Shown: positions 51,593 to 63,197 of the stretch, piece by piece
Position numbering within the stretch: the first letter of the stretch is position 1
Layout: each line of letters begins with the position of its first letter
From: Candidatus Methylomirabilia bacterium
GTDB taxonomy: Bacteria; Methylomirabilota; Methylomirabilia; Rokubacteriales; CSP1-6
Direction of reading: 5' to 3'
DNA: 64,000 bases
NCBI GenBank assembly: GCA_041492755.1
Contig: JBGPXN010000001.1
Coordinates: 1-64,000, forward strand
The notes under the pieces: generated by a model
What the model was told of the DNA's origin: nothing
The model's input: only the letters and a program-made list of their open reading frames with translations
The model's database searches: none
Made by a program: the position numbers and the translations under genes

Positions 51593-52642
51593 TCAGGGAT
51601 AGACCGGCGGGCTGCTGAGCCCAGTGCGCTCGTTCCAGCCGAACAGGATGTTGAGGACCTGCACCCCGTTGGCGGAGCCGCCCTTGCCCAGGTTGTCGAG
51701 CGCCGACACGCACTTGGCGCGCCCGGTTCGGGAATCCGCCACGACCGTGAGGTCGCAGTAGTTGGAGCCGACCACCGAGCGCGTCGTCGGCCGCTCCCCC
51801 TCGTCGAGCACCCGCACGAACGGCTCGCCCGCGTAGAACTCGCGGTACACCGCGAGCAGGTCGGCGGTGGAGAGCGCGCGCACGAGCGGGACCGACGCGG
51901 TGGTGAAGAGGCCGCGGTTGAGCGGGACTAGATGCGGCGTGAACGATACCCGCACCGGCGCCCCCAGCAGCGCGCTCATCTCCTGCTCCATCTCGGGCGT
52001 GTGGCGATGGGACTCGAGCGCGTAGGCCTGCACGTTCTCGTTCGACTCCGTGTAGAGATACATCGGGTCGATCTTGCGGCCCTGGGCCCCCGCGCCCGTC
52101 ACCCCGGACTTGCCGTCCACCACGATGCCCTCGGGCCGCGCGAGCCCCGCTTTCAGCAGGGGCGCCGTCGCGAGGATGGTGCCGGTGGGATAGCAGCCCG
52201 GCGAGGCGACCAGCGCGGCGGAGACGATCGCCTTGCGATGCAGCTCGGGCAACCCGTATACCGCTTCGGCGAGTCCGTCGGGATCGATGTGCGGCGCCTT
52301 GTACCAGGTCGTGTAGTCGGCGGCATCGTGCAGCCGATAGTCCGCGGACAGGTCGATCACGCGGACGCCCCGACGCCGGAGCACCGGCACCACCTTCTGC
52401 GACTCCATGTGCGGCAGGGCCAGGAACACGACGTCCGCCATGGCGACGAAGTGATCGGGGTCGAGCTCGGTGAAGCGCAACTCGGTGAATCCGCGCAGGT
52501 GCGGATACGCCTTGGCCAGCGGCTCACCGGCCAGGCGGTCCGACGTCACGGCGGTCAGCGAGACGTTCGGGTGCCCGAGGAGAATTCGCAGGAGCTCGGC
52601 CCCCATGTAGCCGCTCGCTCCCGCCACTGCAACACGGATCAT
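51593..52642 (-). CDS. argC: N-acetyl-gamma-glutamyl-phosphate reductase
   Basis: GASGY.G, DLSADYR, PGCYPT, HRHTPE and DNLGKG motifs. Confidence 0.96.
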   Translation of the reverse strand: MIRVAVAGASGYMGAELLRILLGHPNVSLTAVTSDRLAGEPLAKAYPHLRGFTELRFTELDPDHFVAMADVVFLALPHMESQKVVPVLRRRGVRVIDLSADYRLHDAADYTTWYKAPHIDPDGLAEAVYGLPELHRKAIVSAALVASPGCYPTGTILATAPLLKAGLARPEGIVVDGKSGVTGAGAQGRKIDPMYLYTESNENVQAYALESHRHTPEMEQEMSALLGAPVRVSFTPHLVPLNRGLFTTASVPLVRALSTADLLAVYREFYAGEPFVRVLDEGERPTTRSVVGSNYCDLTVVADSRTGRAKCVSALDNLGKGGSANGVQVLNILFGWNERTGLSSPPVYP

Positions 52643-52649
52643 CGTCGCG

Positions 52650-53048
52650 CTACCGCTTCGAGTACTGAAACTTCTGCCGCGCGCCCGGCTGGCCGTACTT
52701 CTTCCGCTCGCGCATCCGTGGATCACGGGTCAGCAAGCCGGCCTTCTTCAGCGGCTGGCGAAGCTTCTCGTCGAACTGCACGAGCGCCCGCGCGATGCCG
52801 TGCCGTACCGCGCCGGCCTGTCCGGTGGGCCCGCCGCCGGTAACGGTCGCGACGACGTCGAACTGGCCGTAGGTGTTGGTCACCTGCAGCGGCTGCGCGA
52901 TGATCATCCGGTTCGTTTCGCGCGAAAAGTAGTCTTCGAAGGCGCGACGATTCACGACCATCCGACCCGAGCCGGGACGAATCCAGACCCGCGCCACCGA
53001 TGTCTTCCGTCGGCCAGTTCCATAGAAGCGATCGATGACGGCCGCCAT
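52650..53048 (-). CDS. rpsI: 30S ribosomal protein S9
   Basis: [23 protein letters not shown] and QYSKR motifs. Confidence 0.98.
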   Translation of the reverse strand: MAAVIDRFYGTGRRKTSVARVWIRPGSGRMVVNRRAFEDYFSRETNRMIIAQPLQVTNTYGQFDVVATVTGGGPTGQAGAVRHGIARALVQFDEKLRQPLKKAGLLTRDPRMRERKKYGQPGARQKFQYSKR

Positions 53049-53491
53049 CAGCGGGCTCCCTTCGGTTCCGGCATGGCCTCCGGCTGCTGCGCCTGGTGAG
53101 GATGGTCGGGGCCGCGGTAGACCTTGAGCTTCTTGACCATCGCGCGTCCGAGCCGGTTCTTCGGCAGCATGCCCTGCACCGCCCACTCGATCAGCCGATC
53201 GGGATGCGTCTTGATCATGACGCCCGCGCTGACCTCACGGAGACCGCCGATGTAGCCGGTGTGCCAGCGATACATCTTGTTCTGGAGCTTGCGGCCGGTG
53301 AGGTGAACCTTCTCCGCGTTCACGACGACTACGTGATCGCCGACGTCGAGATGGGGAGTGAAATTCGGGCGGTGCTTGCCGCGCAGGATCGTCGCGATGC
53401 GGGTGGCCAGCCGTCCCAGCACCTGACCGTCCGCGTCGACCACGAACCATTTGCGCTCGATTTCGCTCTCCTTGGGAATCGGCGTCGGCAT
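53048..53491 (-). CDS. rplM: 50S ribosomal protein L13
   Basis: WFVVDA..LGRLA, RGKH, GMLPKN and HPHQAQ motifs. Confidence 0.98.
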   Translation of the reverse strand: MPTPIPKESEIERKWFVVDADGQVLGRLATRIATILRGKHRPNFTPHLDVGDHVVVVNAEKVHLTGRKLQNKMYRWHTGYIGGLREVSAGVMIKTHPDRLIEWAVQGMLPKNRLGRAMVKKLKVYRGPDHPHQAQQPEAMPEPKGAR

Positions 53492-53545
53492 CGTCTTCCT
53501 TTCGGCTAAGTGGGCCACAGAGCAGGAGAATTCGCGCGAAAATTG

Positions 53546-53574
53546 ACTTTATAGGAAAAGCCCTGGGCTGTCAA
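53546..53574 (-). promoter_or_regulatory. Sigma70 promoter of rplM-rpsI
   Basis: TTGACA-17nt-TAAAGT. Confidence 0.8.
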
Positions 53575-53647
53575 CGAACGGGCCGCCCGGACGGCGACCG
53601 GCGGCGGCTACCCTCGACCTGCCAAGTCGTTGACACATTCCGATGCG

Positions 53648-54799
53648 CTAAGAATCCTCGTCGACGCCGCCGCTAGCCCTTCTGAACCGGGGAACTTTCT
53701 CCTCTAACGTTCCCCGTATCTCGCCGGCAACGATCCGAGCGATCTCATCGTTGCCGGCGTCAGTGTGATGGACCAGGTCGTAGTAGAAGTCGGATCGCTT
53801 CGGGAGCTGGCGGGCGAGGTCGACGACGAGGAGGCCGTTTCGGGCACCCGTGTCCTTGAGCGCCTGGTTGTACAACTCGAGGACGGCCCAGGCCGCCTTG
53901 CCATTCCACTGGCCGACCCTGATGCTCTCGAGGTCGACCCCGGTCACGGGGTCGGAGCCGCTGCCGTACAGCGCGGGCTGGGTCACGAAGATCGGGAGGA
54001 TCCCGCTGGCCTGGCACTCGCGGATCAGTCGCTCCAGCCGCCGGACGTAGGGTGGAATCATCCGTGTCTTCACCGCCTCGAGCCGCGCCTGCAGGGCGGC
54101 TTCGGTCACCTCCCGGCTCGGGGCGGAGCGCACGTCGAAGTCGCGGTCGTAGGGCAGCGCCAGCTCGGTCGCCCGCAGCCGGCGCTTGATGGTGATCCCG
54201 GCACTGACGATCTCGCTCTTCAGCGCGTAGCCGAACAGCCGTTGCCGCCACGAGGCCTGGGTCGTGTTGTACAGAAAGTTGTAGGAGTGCTCGAGCGCCT
54301 CGAAATCTCCCTCGCTGTCGACGTCGTTGAGTCCGACCAGGAAGATCGCCACCTTCGGACGCAGCTTCGCCAGGTAGTCGCGAACCAGGACGATGTGCCC
54401 GAGCGTCGAGTGTCCCGCGATGCCGGCGTTGTTCAGCCACACGTTTCGCAGACCGGTGCCGAGACGCTGGTGGAGGCGTGCCGGCCACGTGCGGTCACCG
54501 TCGGAGAAGAATTCCTCGGTTGTGCTGCCACCGATCGCAACCAACGTCAGGAAGCGGTCGAAGTCGGCGGGCGGTTCCGGGCCCCGGAAGCCGAGCGAGT
54601 TGGTGCTGAACGTGGTCGAGCGTTGCAGCTTGTCCGACCGTTCGTGGACGAGCTGGATGCGGTTGTTCGCGTGGAGAATGACCTTGTTGTGCTTCACTGA
54701 GGATGGCAACGGGTTGTAGAGGTGCAGGGCCAATTCGAGCAGCACGACGGCGACGAACACGTTGATGAGAACGATTCCTGCCACGCGAAGCCATCTCAC
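53648..54799 (-). CDS. Membrane-anchored SGNH/GDSL hydrolase
   Basis: N-terminal TM helix; TNSLGFRG, GGSTT, NAGIAG, GLND and DLVH motifs. Confidence 0.85.
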   Translation of the reverse strand: MRWLRVAGIVLINVFVAVVLLELALHLYNPLPSSVKHNKVILHANNRIQLVHERSDKLQRSTTFSTNSLGFRGPEPPADFDRFLTLVAIGGSTTEEFFSDGDRTWPARLHQRLGTGLRNVWLNNAGIAGHSTLGHIVLVRDYLAKLRPKVAIFLVGLNDVDSEGDFEALEHSYNFLYNTTQASWRQRLFGYALKSEIVSAGITIKRRLRATELALPYDRDFDVRSAPSREVTEAALQARLEAVKTRMIPPYVRRLERLIRECQASGILPIFVTQPALYGSGSDPVTGVDLESIRVGQWNGKAAWAVLELYNQALKDTGARNGLLVVDLARQLPKRSDFYYDLVHHTDAGNDEIARIVAGEIRGTLEEKVPRFRRASGGVDEDS

Positions 54800-55449
54800 G
54801 CGCGGGTCTTGCCGGGCCACGGACACAACGCGCGCACGGGGCACGCCGGACACGCCGGCCGCCGCGCCGTGCACGTGCCCCGGCCGTGCGTGATGAGCAG
54901 GTGGGTCGCCTGCGTGAGCCCGGTGCGGGGCAGGATGGCCACCAACTGGTCGTGGATCTCGTCGGGTTCGTCCGACTTGGCGAGGCCCAGTCGCTGAGAG
55001 ACGCGGAACACGTGCGTGTCGACGGCCACGGCCTGCTGGCCGAACGCGTTGCCCAGTACCACGTTGGCCGTCTTGAGTCCCACCCCCGGCAGCTCCATCA
55101 GCGCCTCGCGCTCGCCCGGGACTTCGCCGCGGTGGCGCTCCACCAGCGCGCGCGCCATGCCGAGGATCGATTTCGTCTTGGACCGGTAGAAGCCGGTGGA
55201 GCGAATCTCCTCCTCGAACGTGCCGGTATCCGCCCGGGCGTAGTCCTGGGCCGTGCGGTACTTGCGGAAGAGGGCCGGCGTCACCATGTTCACGCGCTCG
55301 TCCGTGCATTGCGCGGACAGGATGGTGGCGACGAGCAGCTCGAGCGGCGTGTGGAAGTCCAGCGCGATCCGCGCGTCCGGGTAGGCCTTCGCGAGCCGCG
55401 TGAGGATCGGCCGTGCGCGCCGTTTCTTCGCGTCCGTGGTTTCGCGCAT
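54796..55449 (-). CDS. nth: Endonuclease III
   Basis: LSAQCTD, LPGVG.KTANV, VDTH and C-x6-C-x2-C-x5-C motifs. Confidence 0.96.
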   Translation of the reverse strand: MRETTDAKKRRARPILTRLAKAYPDARIALDFHTPLELLVATILSAQCTDERVNMVTPALFRKYRTAQDYARADTGTFEEEIRSTGFYRSKTKSILGMARALVERHRGEVPGEREALMELPGVGLKTANVVLGNAFGQQAVAVDTHVFRVSQRLGLAKSDEPDEIHDQLVAILPRTGLTQATHLLITHGRGTCTARRPACPACPVRALCPWPGKTRA

Positions 55450-55456
55450 TTGCTCG

Positions 55457-57670
55457 TCAGCCCCCTGCCCCGCGGCCCAGACGCACGGCCTCCGGCGTCA
55501 CACTGACCGGCCCGATCCGCACCCGCAACGGCAACCGTTGCGCCATCCGGATCGACGGATCGTACGAGCGCATCGCCCAGTCGACGAGCGGGCCCGGCAA
55601 CGGCACGCCTCCTAGGCTCAGGCGCTCGGCGATCAGCACGAACGGCCGCTCGGACGAGGCGGAAAGACGGATTCGGCCGCTCACGTCGAGACCGGGCTGG
55701 CCGAGGTTCACCGCGAACGCCCCGTCCTCGAGAATGATCCGTCCTCGCCGGAACGCTTTCAAGCCGGCGAGAAACGCTTGAAGGTCCTGCGCCGTCACGG
55801 TGGCGTCGGAAAGCGTCAGGGCCGTGGCCTCGAGGACGTCGAGCCGGTGGTCGACCGATACGCTGACCAGGTTGACGAGCACGTCGTCGAGGACCACGCG
55901 GACGTCGCGGACCCGAAGCCGGGAGCTGTCGGGCCTCGCGAAGTCGCTCAGCGTCGCGGCGGTCGCGCGGATTTCCATGCTCCGGACTCGACCGGCGAGG
56001 ATGTCGCGATCCCAGATCAACCTTACTTGCAATCCTTCGACGTCGCGCGCCACGTCGGGGAGGCGACGGCGAACGGCGTCCTCCAGATCCTTGGCCAGGC
56101 GCTCGGGGGCAACCTCGAGGTGCGTGGGGATGCGCCGGGCCCGGAGCTGCGCGACCGAGCCGTCCGGGAGCGGGAACTCACCGATGACGGGATAGATCGC
56201 GACGAGCGAACGATCGGTCGCGAGACGAGCGTCGATCCGCTTGATCCGCTCGGCGGTCCACGGCGGACCGACGTCCCCCGACTTGACGATCATGTAGCCG
56301 AGGTCGAACGGCTCGTCCCACGCGCGCATGAACCGGAGCGGCAAGCCGTCCCGCACGGCGTAATAGCGGAAGTTCGCCACCGAGAAGAACGCGTGGTTCG
56401 GCACCACGCTGACCATGGGCGCGCCCGCGCGAACTTCCCCCCGCCCACGGGCAGCGTCGGCGTCGCGGACGATGCGGTCCAGGATCTCACGCTGCCGCCA
56501 ATCCGTCGGGTCGGGCGCCGCGTTCATCGCGATGCCGGCGCCGAGCAGCGCACCGCGGGCCGCCGGTACGACGTCGAACGCCGACGCCACGACCTGCACG
56601 AGCGCGAACACCGCCACCAGCACGGCGACGGGGCGGCGCGTCATGGCCGGCAGCGCGGCGAAGCCCAGTCCGGCCAGCACCCCGGCGACCGGCAGCAGCG
56701 GAAGCGTGTAGCGAAGGTTCTTGTTCTGGATCAAGAAGAACAGCACGAGCGGAGCCAGCGCAACGAGCACGAGCGCGTGCCGGCGCCGCACGGCGACGAC
56801 GACACCGACGACGGTCAACACGGCCGCCAGCAGGCCGAACTGCCCCGCAAAGTTCAGCGGGTAGAAGGCGAGAGCCGTGGCCGTGAACGGCTCGGGATGG
56901 CCGGATTCCGCGGCCTGCCGGAACGAGCGGGCACCCACCTGCCCCACCATCGTCAGGAGCCGCAGCCCGTAGAACGGCAGGGCGACCAGAACGGCGAGGA
57001 TCATCGCAAGCCCGGCGTGAGCCAGCGCGCGACGGTTCCGGGCACCGGCGACGACGAGTACGAGCGCCGGCGCCAAATAGACCGCAAACGGCGTTTTGGT
57101 GAGGAGGCCCAGGCCGAGCACGACTCCGCACACGAACGACCATCCACGCCGATTGAAGTGCTCGGTGTTCTGGAGCACCACCAACGCCGTCGCCACCATC
57201 GCGGCCAGTGGCAGGTCGAGCTGAAATCGCAGCATCGTGTGGACGACGAACGGCGCCGCGCCGAACAGCACGGCCGCCACCACGCCGCCGGCGCCCCCGG
57301 CAACGCGGCGCCCGAGCACGTACGTCATCGCCATCCCCAGGGCGAGAAAACCGAGCATCACGATCTGGCCGAAGGCGGCATCGGAGGGCCAGGCGAGATA
57401 GGCGAGGCCGGCGAGGCAGAGCACGAGCTGCGGATAGAAGGAGGATCGGCCTTCGAGCACGTAGCGGACGTTGCCCGCCGTCAGATCGTGCGCGCAGACC
57501 ACCGCCCGCTCGAGATGGTTGGCGTGATCCCACACGGGCGGGGCGCGGTCGAGTCGCAGCCACACCGCCGAGACGCCCGCGAGGACGAGCACGGCAACGG
57601 CAACCATCAGCCAGTCGCCGCGACCGTGCGACGACCGTCGGTCCGGACGGGTGGCGGCGGGCGTCGTCAC
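55457..57670 (-). CDS. GT-C fold (ArnT/PMT-like) glycosyltransferase with C-terminal DUF2993/LmeA-like domain
   Basis: Multiple TM helices with WDHANH, LLTK and KNLRYTLP motifs; soluble beta-rich C-terminus. GTG at 57670 overlaps the upstream stop. Confidence 0.75.
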   Translation of the reverse strand: MTTPAATRPDRRSSHGRGDWLMVAVAVLVLAGVSAVWLRLDRAPPVWDHANHLERAVVCAHDLTAGNVRYVLEGRSSFYPQLVLCLAGLAYLAWPSDAAFGQIVMLGFLALGMAMTYVLGRRVAGGAGGVVAAVLFGAAPFVVHTMLRFQLDLPLAAMVATALVVLQNTEHFNRRGWSFVCGVVLGLGLLTKTPFAVYLAPALVLVVAGARNRRALAHAGLAMILAVLVALPFYGLRLLTMVGQVGARSFRQAAESGHPEPFTATALAFYPLNFAGQFGLLAAVLTVVGVVVAVRRRHALVLVALAPLVLFFLIQNKNLRYTLPLLPVAGVLAGLGFAALPAMTRRPVAVLVAVFALVQVVASAFDVVPAARGALLGAGIAMNAAPDPTDWRQREILDRIVRDADAARGRGEVRAGAPMVSVVPNHAFFSVANFRYYAVRDGLPLRFMRAWDEPFDLGYMIVKSGDVGPPWTAERIKRIDARLATDRSLVAIYPVIGEFPLPDGSVAQLRARRIPTHLEVAPERLAKDLEDAVRRRLPDVARDVEGLQVRLIWDRDILAGRVRSMEIRATAATLSDFARPDSSRLRVRDVRVVLDDVLVNLVSVSVDHRLDVLEATALTLSDATVTAQDLQAFLAGLKAFRRGRIILEDGAFAVNLGQPGLDVSGRIRLSASSERPFVLIAERLSLGGVPLPGPLVDWAMRSYDPSIRMAQRLPLRVRIGPVSVTPEAVRLGRGAGG

Positions 57671-58386
57671 CGGCGGCCGACAAGCAGGATCGAGACACCC
57701 AACGGCAGCCGCCACCGCGGTACCACGAAACGCTCCAACCCGAACGCCGTCGCGAGCAGCCCGTTGACCATGGCGTGAGGTCGCCGGAGATCGTGCCTCG
57801 TGTCACCACGCAACCGTTTCCAGCACCGGGCCAGCACGATGAGGGGGAACAGCAGCGTATTGAAGTAGCTCACGTGCTCGATGCGGAATCCTGCCTCGGC
57901 CACGAGGGCCCGTAGCGCCCCCGCCGCGTAGCGGCGGCGATGACCGAGCGCAACGTCGTGGCCACTCCAGAGCCACGCGAAAGCGGGGACGGTGACGAGG
58001 ATCACGCCACCGGGCCGCAGCGCCTTCCACGCCGTGTGCAGCGCCTGCTCGTCGTCGTCGAGATGCTCCAGGACGTCGAGCATCAGCACGAGATCGGCCC
58101 AGCCTTCGGGTACGACGAGATCGCGCGGCAGGCTTCCGGCACGCACGTCGAGGCCGGCAGCGCGGGCGGCGCCGATGAGCTCCGGATGCTCCTCCATCCC
58201 GACCGCCTCGCCCAGGGGGGCGAACGCACCGAGCACGTTGCCCGAGCCGCAACCCAGCTCGAGGACTCGCAGGGCCCCGGGGGGGCGGAAGGCGTCGACG
58301 ACTGCGCGCAGTACGGCGAGCCGGCCGAGGAAGTACCAGTGCCGCCGGTCTTCCTCCAGGTGAACGGCGACGTACGCCGGATCCAG
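57667..58386 (-). CDS. Class I SAM-dependent methyltransferase
   Basis: HWYF, LELGCGSG, LDVLEH and WSGHD..GHRRRY motifs. Start is probably CTG at 58386; the ORF track uses ATG 58470. Confidence 0.85.
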   Translation of the reverse strand: MDPAYVAVHLEEDRRHWYFLGRLAVLRAVVDAFRPPGALRVLELGCGSGNVLGAFAPLGEAVGMEEHPELIGAARAAGLDVRAGSLPRDLVVPEGWADLVLMLDVLEHLDDDEQALHTAWKALRPGGVILVTVPAFAWLWSGHDVALGHRRRYAAGALRALVAEAGFRIEHVSYFNTLLFPLIVLARCWKRLRGDTRHDLRRPHAMVNGLLATAFGLERFVVPRWRLPLGVSILLVGRR

Positions 58387-58387
58387 G

Positions 58388-59545
58388 CTAGGGCCCCGGA
58401 CGCCGGCGGCTCGCGAGGAACGCGCCGATACGGCGGAGTCCCTCCTGGATGCGGTCGAGCGACGCGGCATAGGAAAAGCGCAGATAGCCCTCGGCGTTGG
58501 CGCCGAACGCGATGCCGGGCGTGACGGCGACGTGCGCCTCTTCGAGGATCTCGAGCGCCAGGCGCCGGGAATCGGCGGCGTACCCGCGGGCGTTGGCGAG
58601 AACGTAGAAGGCGCCGGTGGGCTCGCTGGCGACGCCGAGCCCGATGGCCCGCAGACCGTCGATCATCGCGCGCCGCCGCCCGGCGAAGACGTCCCGGAAG
58701 CGCCGCGCCTCGTCGCCGGCCTCACGGAGCGCCGCCACGCCTGCCCACTGGACGAACTCGTTCGTCGAGATGAAAAAGTTACCGAAGATCTTCTGCAAGG
58801 CCGGCATGTGGGCCGCGGGCGCGATGAGGTAGCCGAGGCGCCAGCCCGTCATGGCGAACGCCTTGGAGAAACCGTTGAGCACGAAGGCGCGATCGGTGAA
58901 CTCGAGGACGGACCGGTCCCGACCCTCGTAGCTCAGCCCGTGATAGATCTCGTCGGACACCACGACGGGCCCGAGCCCCGCGATCGCGGCCATCCGCTCG
59001 GCCGAGAGCACGGTGCCCGTGGGATTGGCCGGTGAGTTCACGATGACCGCCTTGGTGCGTGGCGTGATCCGGGCCCGGACCGCTTCCGGCCGGAACTGAA
59101 ACCCATCCTCCTCGGTCACGCCCACGTAGGTTGGCACGCCGTCGCTGTAGCGAATGAAATTCGGATAACACGCGTAGTACGGGTCGGACAGGATCACCTC
59201 GTCGCCCGGATCGAGGAGGTGACCGAACAGCAACAGCATCGCGGGCGACGTCCCCGGCGTGACCAGGACGTGCTCCGGCGACACGCGGACCCCGTAGGTA
59301 TCCGCGTAGTGGTCCGCGATGGCCTCGCGGAGCGGGAGGATGCCGAGGCTGTGGGTATACCGGGCGCGCCCGTCCTTCAGCGCCTTCTCGGCCGCCTCGC
59401 GCACCACCGCCGGCGCCTCGAAGTCCGGTTCGCCGAACTCGAGGTGCACGACGTCGACGCCCGCGCGTTCGAGCACCTGTGCCCGCTCGCTCATCTCCAG
59501 GGCGAGGAACGTCTCGATCGCCTCGAGGCGCCGCGCCAGGTTCAC
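58388..59545 (-). CDS. Class I/II PLP-dependent aminotransferase
   Basis: GEPDF, NSPANPTG, SDEIY and SKAFAMTGWRLG motifs. Confidence 0.93.
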   Translation of the reverse strand: MNLARRLEAIETFLALEMSERAQVLERAGVDVVHLEFGEPDFEAPAVVREAAEKALKDGRARYTHSLGILPLREAIADHYADTYGVRVSPEHVLVTPGTSPAMLLLFGHLLDPGDEVILSDPYYACYPNFIRYSDGVPTYVGVTEEDGFQFRPEAVRARITPRTKAVIVNSPANPTGTVLSAERMAAIAGLGPVVVSDEIYHGLSYEGRDRSVLEFTDRAFVLNGFSKAFAMTGWRLGYLIAPAAHMPALQKIFGNFFISTNEFVQWAGVAALREAGDEARRFRDVFAGRRRAMIDGLRAIGLGVASEPTGAFYVLANARGYAADSRRLALEILEEAHVAVTPGIAFGANAEGYLRFSYAASLDRIQEGLRRIGAFLASRRRPGP

Positions 59546-60264
59546 CGCCCGCTCCCCGCCCGCCAGCGCGCGCGCAGGATCTCGCCCAGCATGCGGGGCC
59601 CTGTCCGCACGACCCCGACCTTGCTGCCCGGCTGGTCCGCCCAGTTCACGGCCACCTCGACGACGCGATACCCGGCCGCCTGCGCCAGGAGCAGCAGCTC
59701 GACGTCGAACCCAAAGCCCGTGGTGCGGAGTCGCCCGAAAAGCTGCCGCGCCGCCGGGGCGGTGAACGCCTTGAACCCGCACTGCGAATCAGCGATGCCT
59801 CTGAGCCCCAGGCGCGCGACCGTCCAGTTGAACAGCCGGCCCGCGGCCACCCGGTGTGGCCGGGCGGCGACGGAGACGCTGTGATCGCCCAGCGCCCGCG
59901 AGCCGATGACGACGTCGGCGCCCGCGGCCAGCGCCGGCTCCAGCCGCTTGAGCTCCCCGATCGGCGTGGCCCCGTCGGCATCGGCGAACAACCGGAAGGC
60001 GCCGCGCGCTTCGAGCATCCCGCGGCGCACGGCCGCGCCCTTGCCGGTGTTGTGCGGCTGGCGGAGGGCGCGGACCTCCGGATGCGCCCGCGCCGCGGCT
60101 ACGACGCCGGCCAGGGTCCCGTCGGTGCTTCCGTCGTCCACGACCAGCACCTCCCACGGCGCGCCCCGGCCATCGAAGAAGCTCACCACGTCATCCAGAT
60201 AGCGCGGCAGGCGGGCTGCCTCGTTGTAGGCTGGAATGATCACGGACCAGCAGGGACCGATCAC
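59542..60264 (-). CDS. GT2 polyprenyl-phosphate glycosyltransferase (Dol-P-Glc synthase-like)
   Basis: IPAYNE, VVDDGSTD, GKGAAVR, DADG, DSQCGFK and FDVELL motifs. Confidence 0.92.
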   Translation of the reverse strand: MIGPCWSVIIPAYNEAARLPRYLDDVVSFFDGRGAPWEVLVVDDGSTDGTLAGVVAAARAHPEVRALRQPHNTGKGAAVRRGMLEARGAFRLFADADGATPIGELKRLEPALAAGADVVIGSRALGDHSVSVAARPHRVAAGRLFNWTVARLGLRGIADSQCGFKAFTAPAARQLFGRLRTTGFGFDVELLLLAQAAGYRVVEVAVNWADQPGSKVGVVRTGPRMLGEILRARWRAGSGR

Positions 60265-60836
60265 TGGATGCCGCTGAGGGCGGCCTCCGGCCCGATGTTC
60301 CCGAGTCCCAGGACGGCCGTGCCGTCGGTCACCACGGCGACCGTGTTGTGCTTCATGGTCAGCGCGAATGCGCGCTCCCGGTCGTCGCGGATGGCCAGAC
60401 ACACCCGGGCCACCGCAGGCGTGTAGACCATGGACAAGTCGTCGCGGGTTCGAATCGGGACCTTGTTGCGGACCTCGATCTTCCCGCCCAGATGGACCAG
60501 GAACGTTCGGTCGGAGACGTTCACGACCCGGGTCCCGGCCAGTCGCTTGAGCGCGGCGACGATCTGCTGCCCGTGGTCGCTGTCGCGAGCCTCGATCGTC
60601 ATGTCCCGGACCACCCGGGCTCGGAAGGACTCGACCAGGTCCACCGCGCCGATGTCGCCCCCTGCTTCGCCAATGGCCAGCGCCACCCGGCCGAGCATGC
60701 CGGGCGTGTTCCGGATCTCCAGACGGACCGTGATGCTGTAACTGGCGCTCGGCGAGACGGCCATCAGCGGGGTGACTCCGAGGGAACTCCTCTGTGGGGG
60801 AATAACGGTTCTGCCCTCGGGGACGTCGACCTTCAT
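60261..60836 (-). pseudogene. Truncated ACT-domain malic enzyme
   Basis: ACT domain, DLSMVYTP.VA and VTDGTAVLGLGNIGPEAAL, then an abrupt SGIQ-stop. The catalytic and NAD-binding parts are absent. Confidence 0.85.
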
Positions 60837-61081
60837 GGACCCCCCTTCGGCGGCGTCATCATAGCAGGACAACAATGGTCTGAATAGATGGAGCAGAATA
60901 CCCACTCCGCCTGGTGCGTCATACGGTCACCGTCGTCTTTCTCAACCCTTAGGAAAACTTTCCGGGTCGTGGCGTGGAACTTGAATTCACAGAGGCCTGA
61001 AACGGTGCTCGACTTGCAAACATCCAAAGTGCAGAGACTACGAGTTTTTTTCGCCGGCAGCTCCACACAGACTCCGGGGAC

Positions 61082-62593
<1,512 letters not shown>

Positions 62594-62605
62594 CTCGTCC
62601 GGAGC

Positions 62606-62672
62606 CGGCAGGGGGCCGAGGGGGTGCTTCGCTAACTATTCGCTACGCACCCCCTCGGCCCCCTGCCGTTTT
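62606..62672 (+). terminator. 22-bp hairpin followed by a T tract
   Basis: CGGCAGGGGGCCGAGGGGGTGC-19nt-GCACCCCCTCGGCCCCCTGCCG-TTTT. Confidence 0.75.
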
Positions 62673-62748
62673 CTGATCGTTCCGCGTCGACACTCGCACT
62701 TCACACCTCCGCAACGACACTGCACAGCTGCGCACTCCTCTGGTGGCC

Positions 62749-62963
62749 TCATCGGCTGCTGACACTGCCGTCGATGACATCGTCGACCAGGGCCGCACCG
62801 GCGGCGATGTAAGGGTCGATGAGCTTGCGGAAGTCTTCGACCCGGTGGGCGCGTTCCTCCTCTGGGTTCGCGGCGGCGTGCTGCCGGGCGACGGCCTCCG
62901 TGCCGCCCATCGCGCGCGCGCGCGGCGCCGAGCGAGGTCGTCGGCGAGGTCCTTCATGCCCAC
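62749..62963 (-). pseudogene. Collapsed acyl-CoA carboxylase carboxyltransferase (PccB/AccD-like) remnant
   Basis: MKDLADDLARRRARA, a frameshift in a CG run, then MGGTEAVARQHA fused to the C-terminal ANPEEERAHRVEDFRKLIDPYIAAGAALVDDVID. Confidence 0.82.
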
Positions 62964-62970
62964 GGCGCCG

Positions 62971-63186
62971 CTACTCGAGGACGGCGACCGTCTCCCCCTC
63001 CTGGACCGTCTGACCTTCCTGGACCCTGATCTCCTTCACGGCGCCGGCGCGCGGGGCTTCCACCGGGATCTCCATCTTCATCGACTCCAGCACAATCACC
63101 GGGTCACCAGCCTGGACCTTGTCGCCCGCCTTCGCGGTAATCTGGAACACCACGCCGGTGATGTGGGCCTTGATCTCCTCAGGCAT
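62971..63186 (-). CDS. Biotin carboxyl carrier protein
   Basis: LESMKME biotinylation motif; GAGGAG RBS. Confidence 0.93.
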   Translation of the reverse strand: MPEEIKAHITGVVFQITAKAGDKVQAGDPVIVLESMKMEIPVEAPRAGAVKEIRVQEGQTVQEGETVAVLE

Positions 63187-63197
63187 GAACGGTCTCC

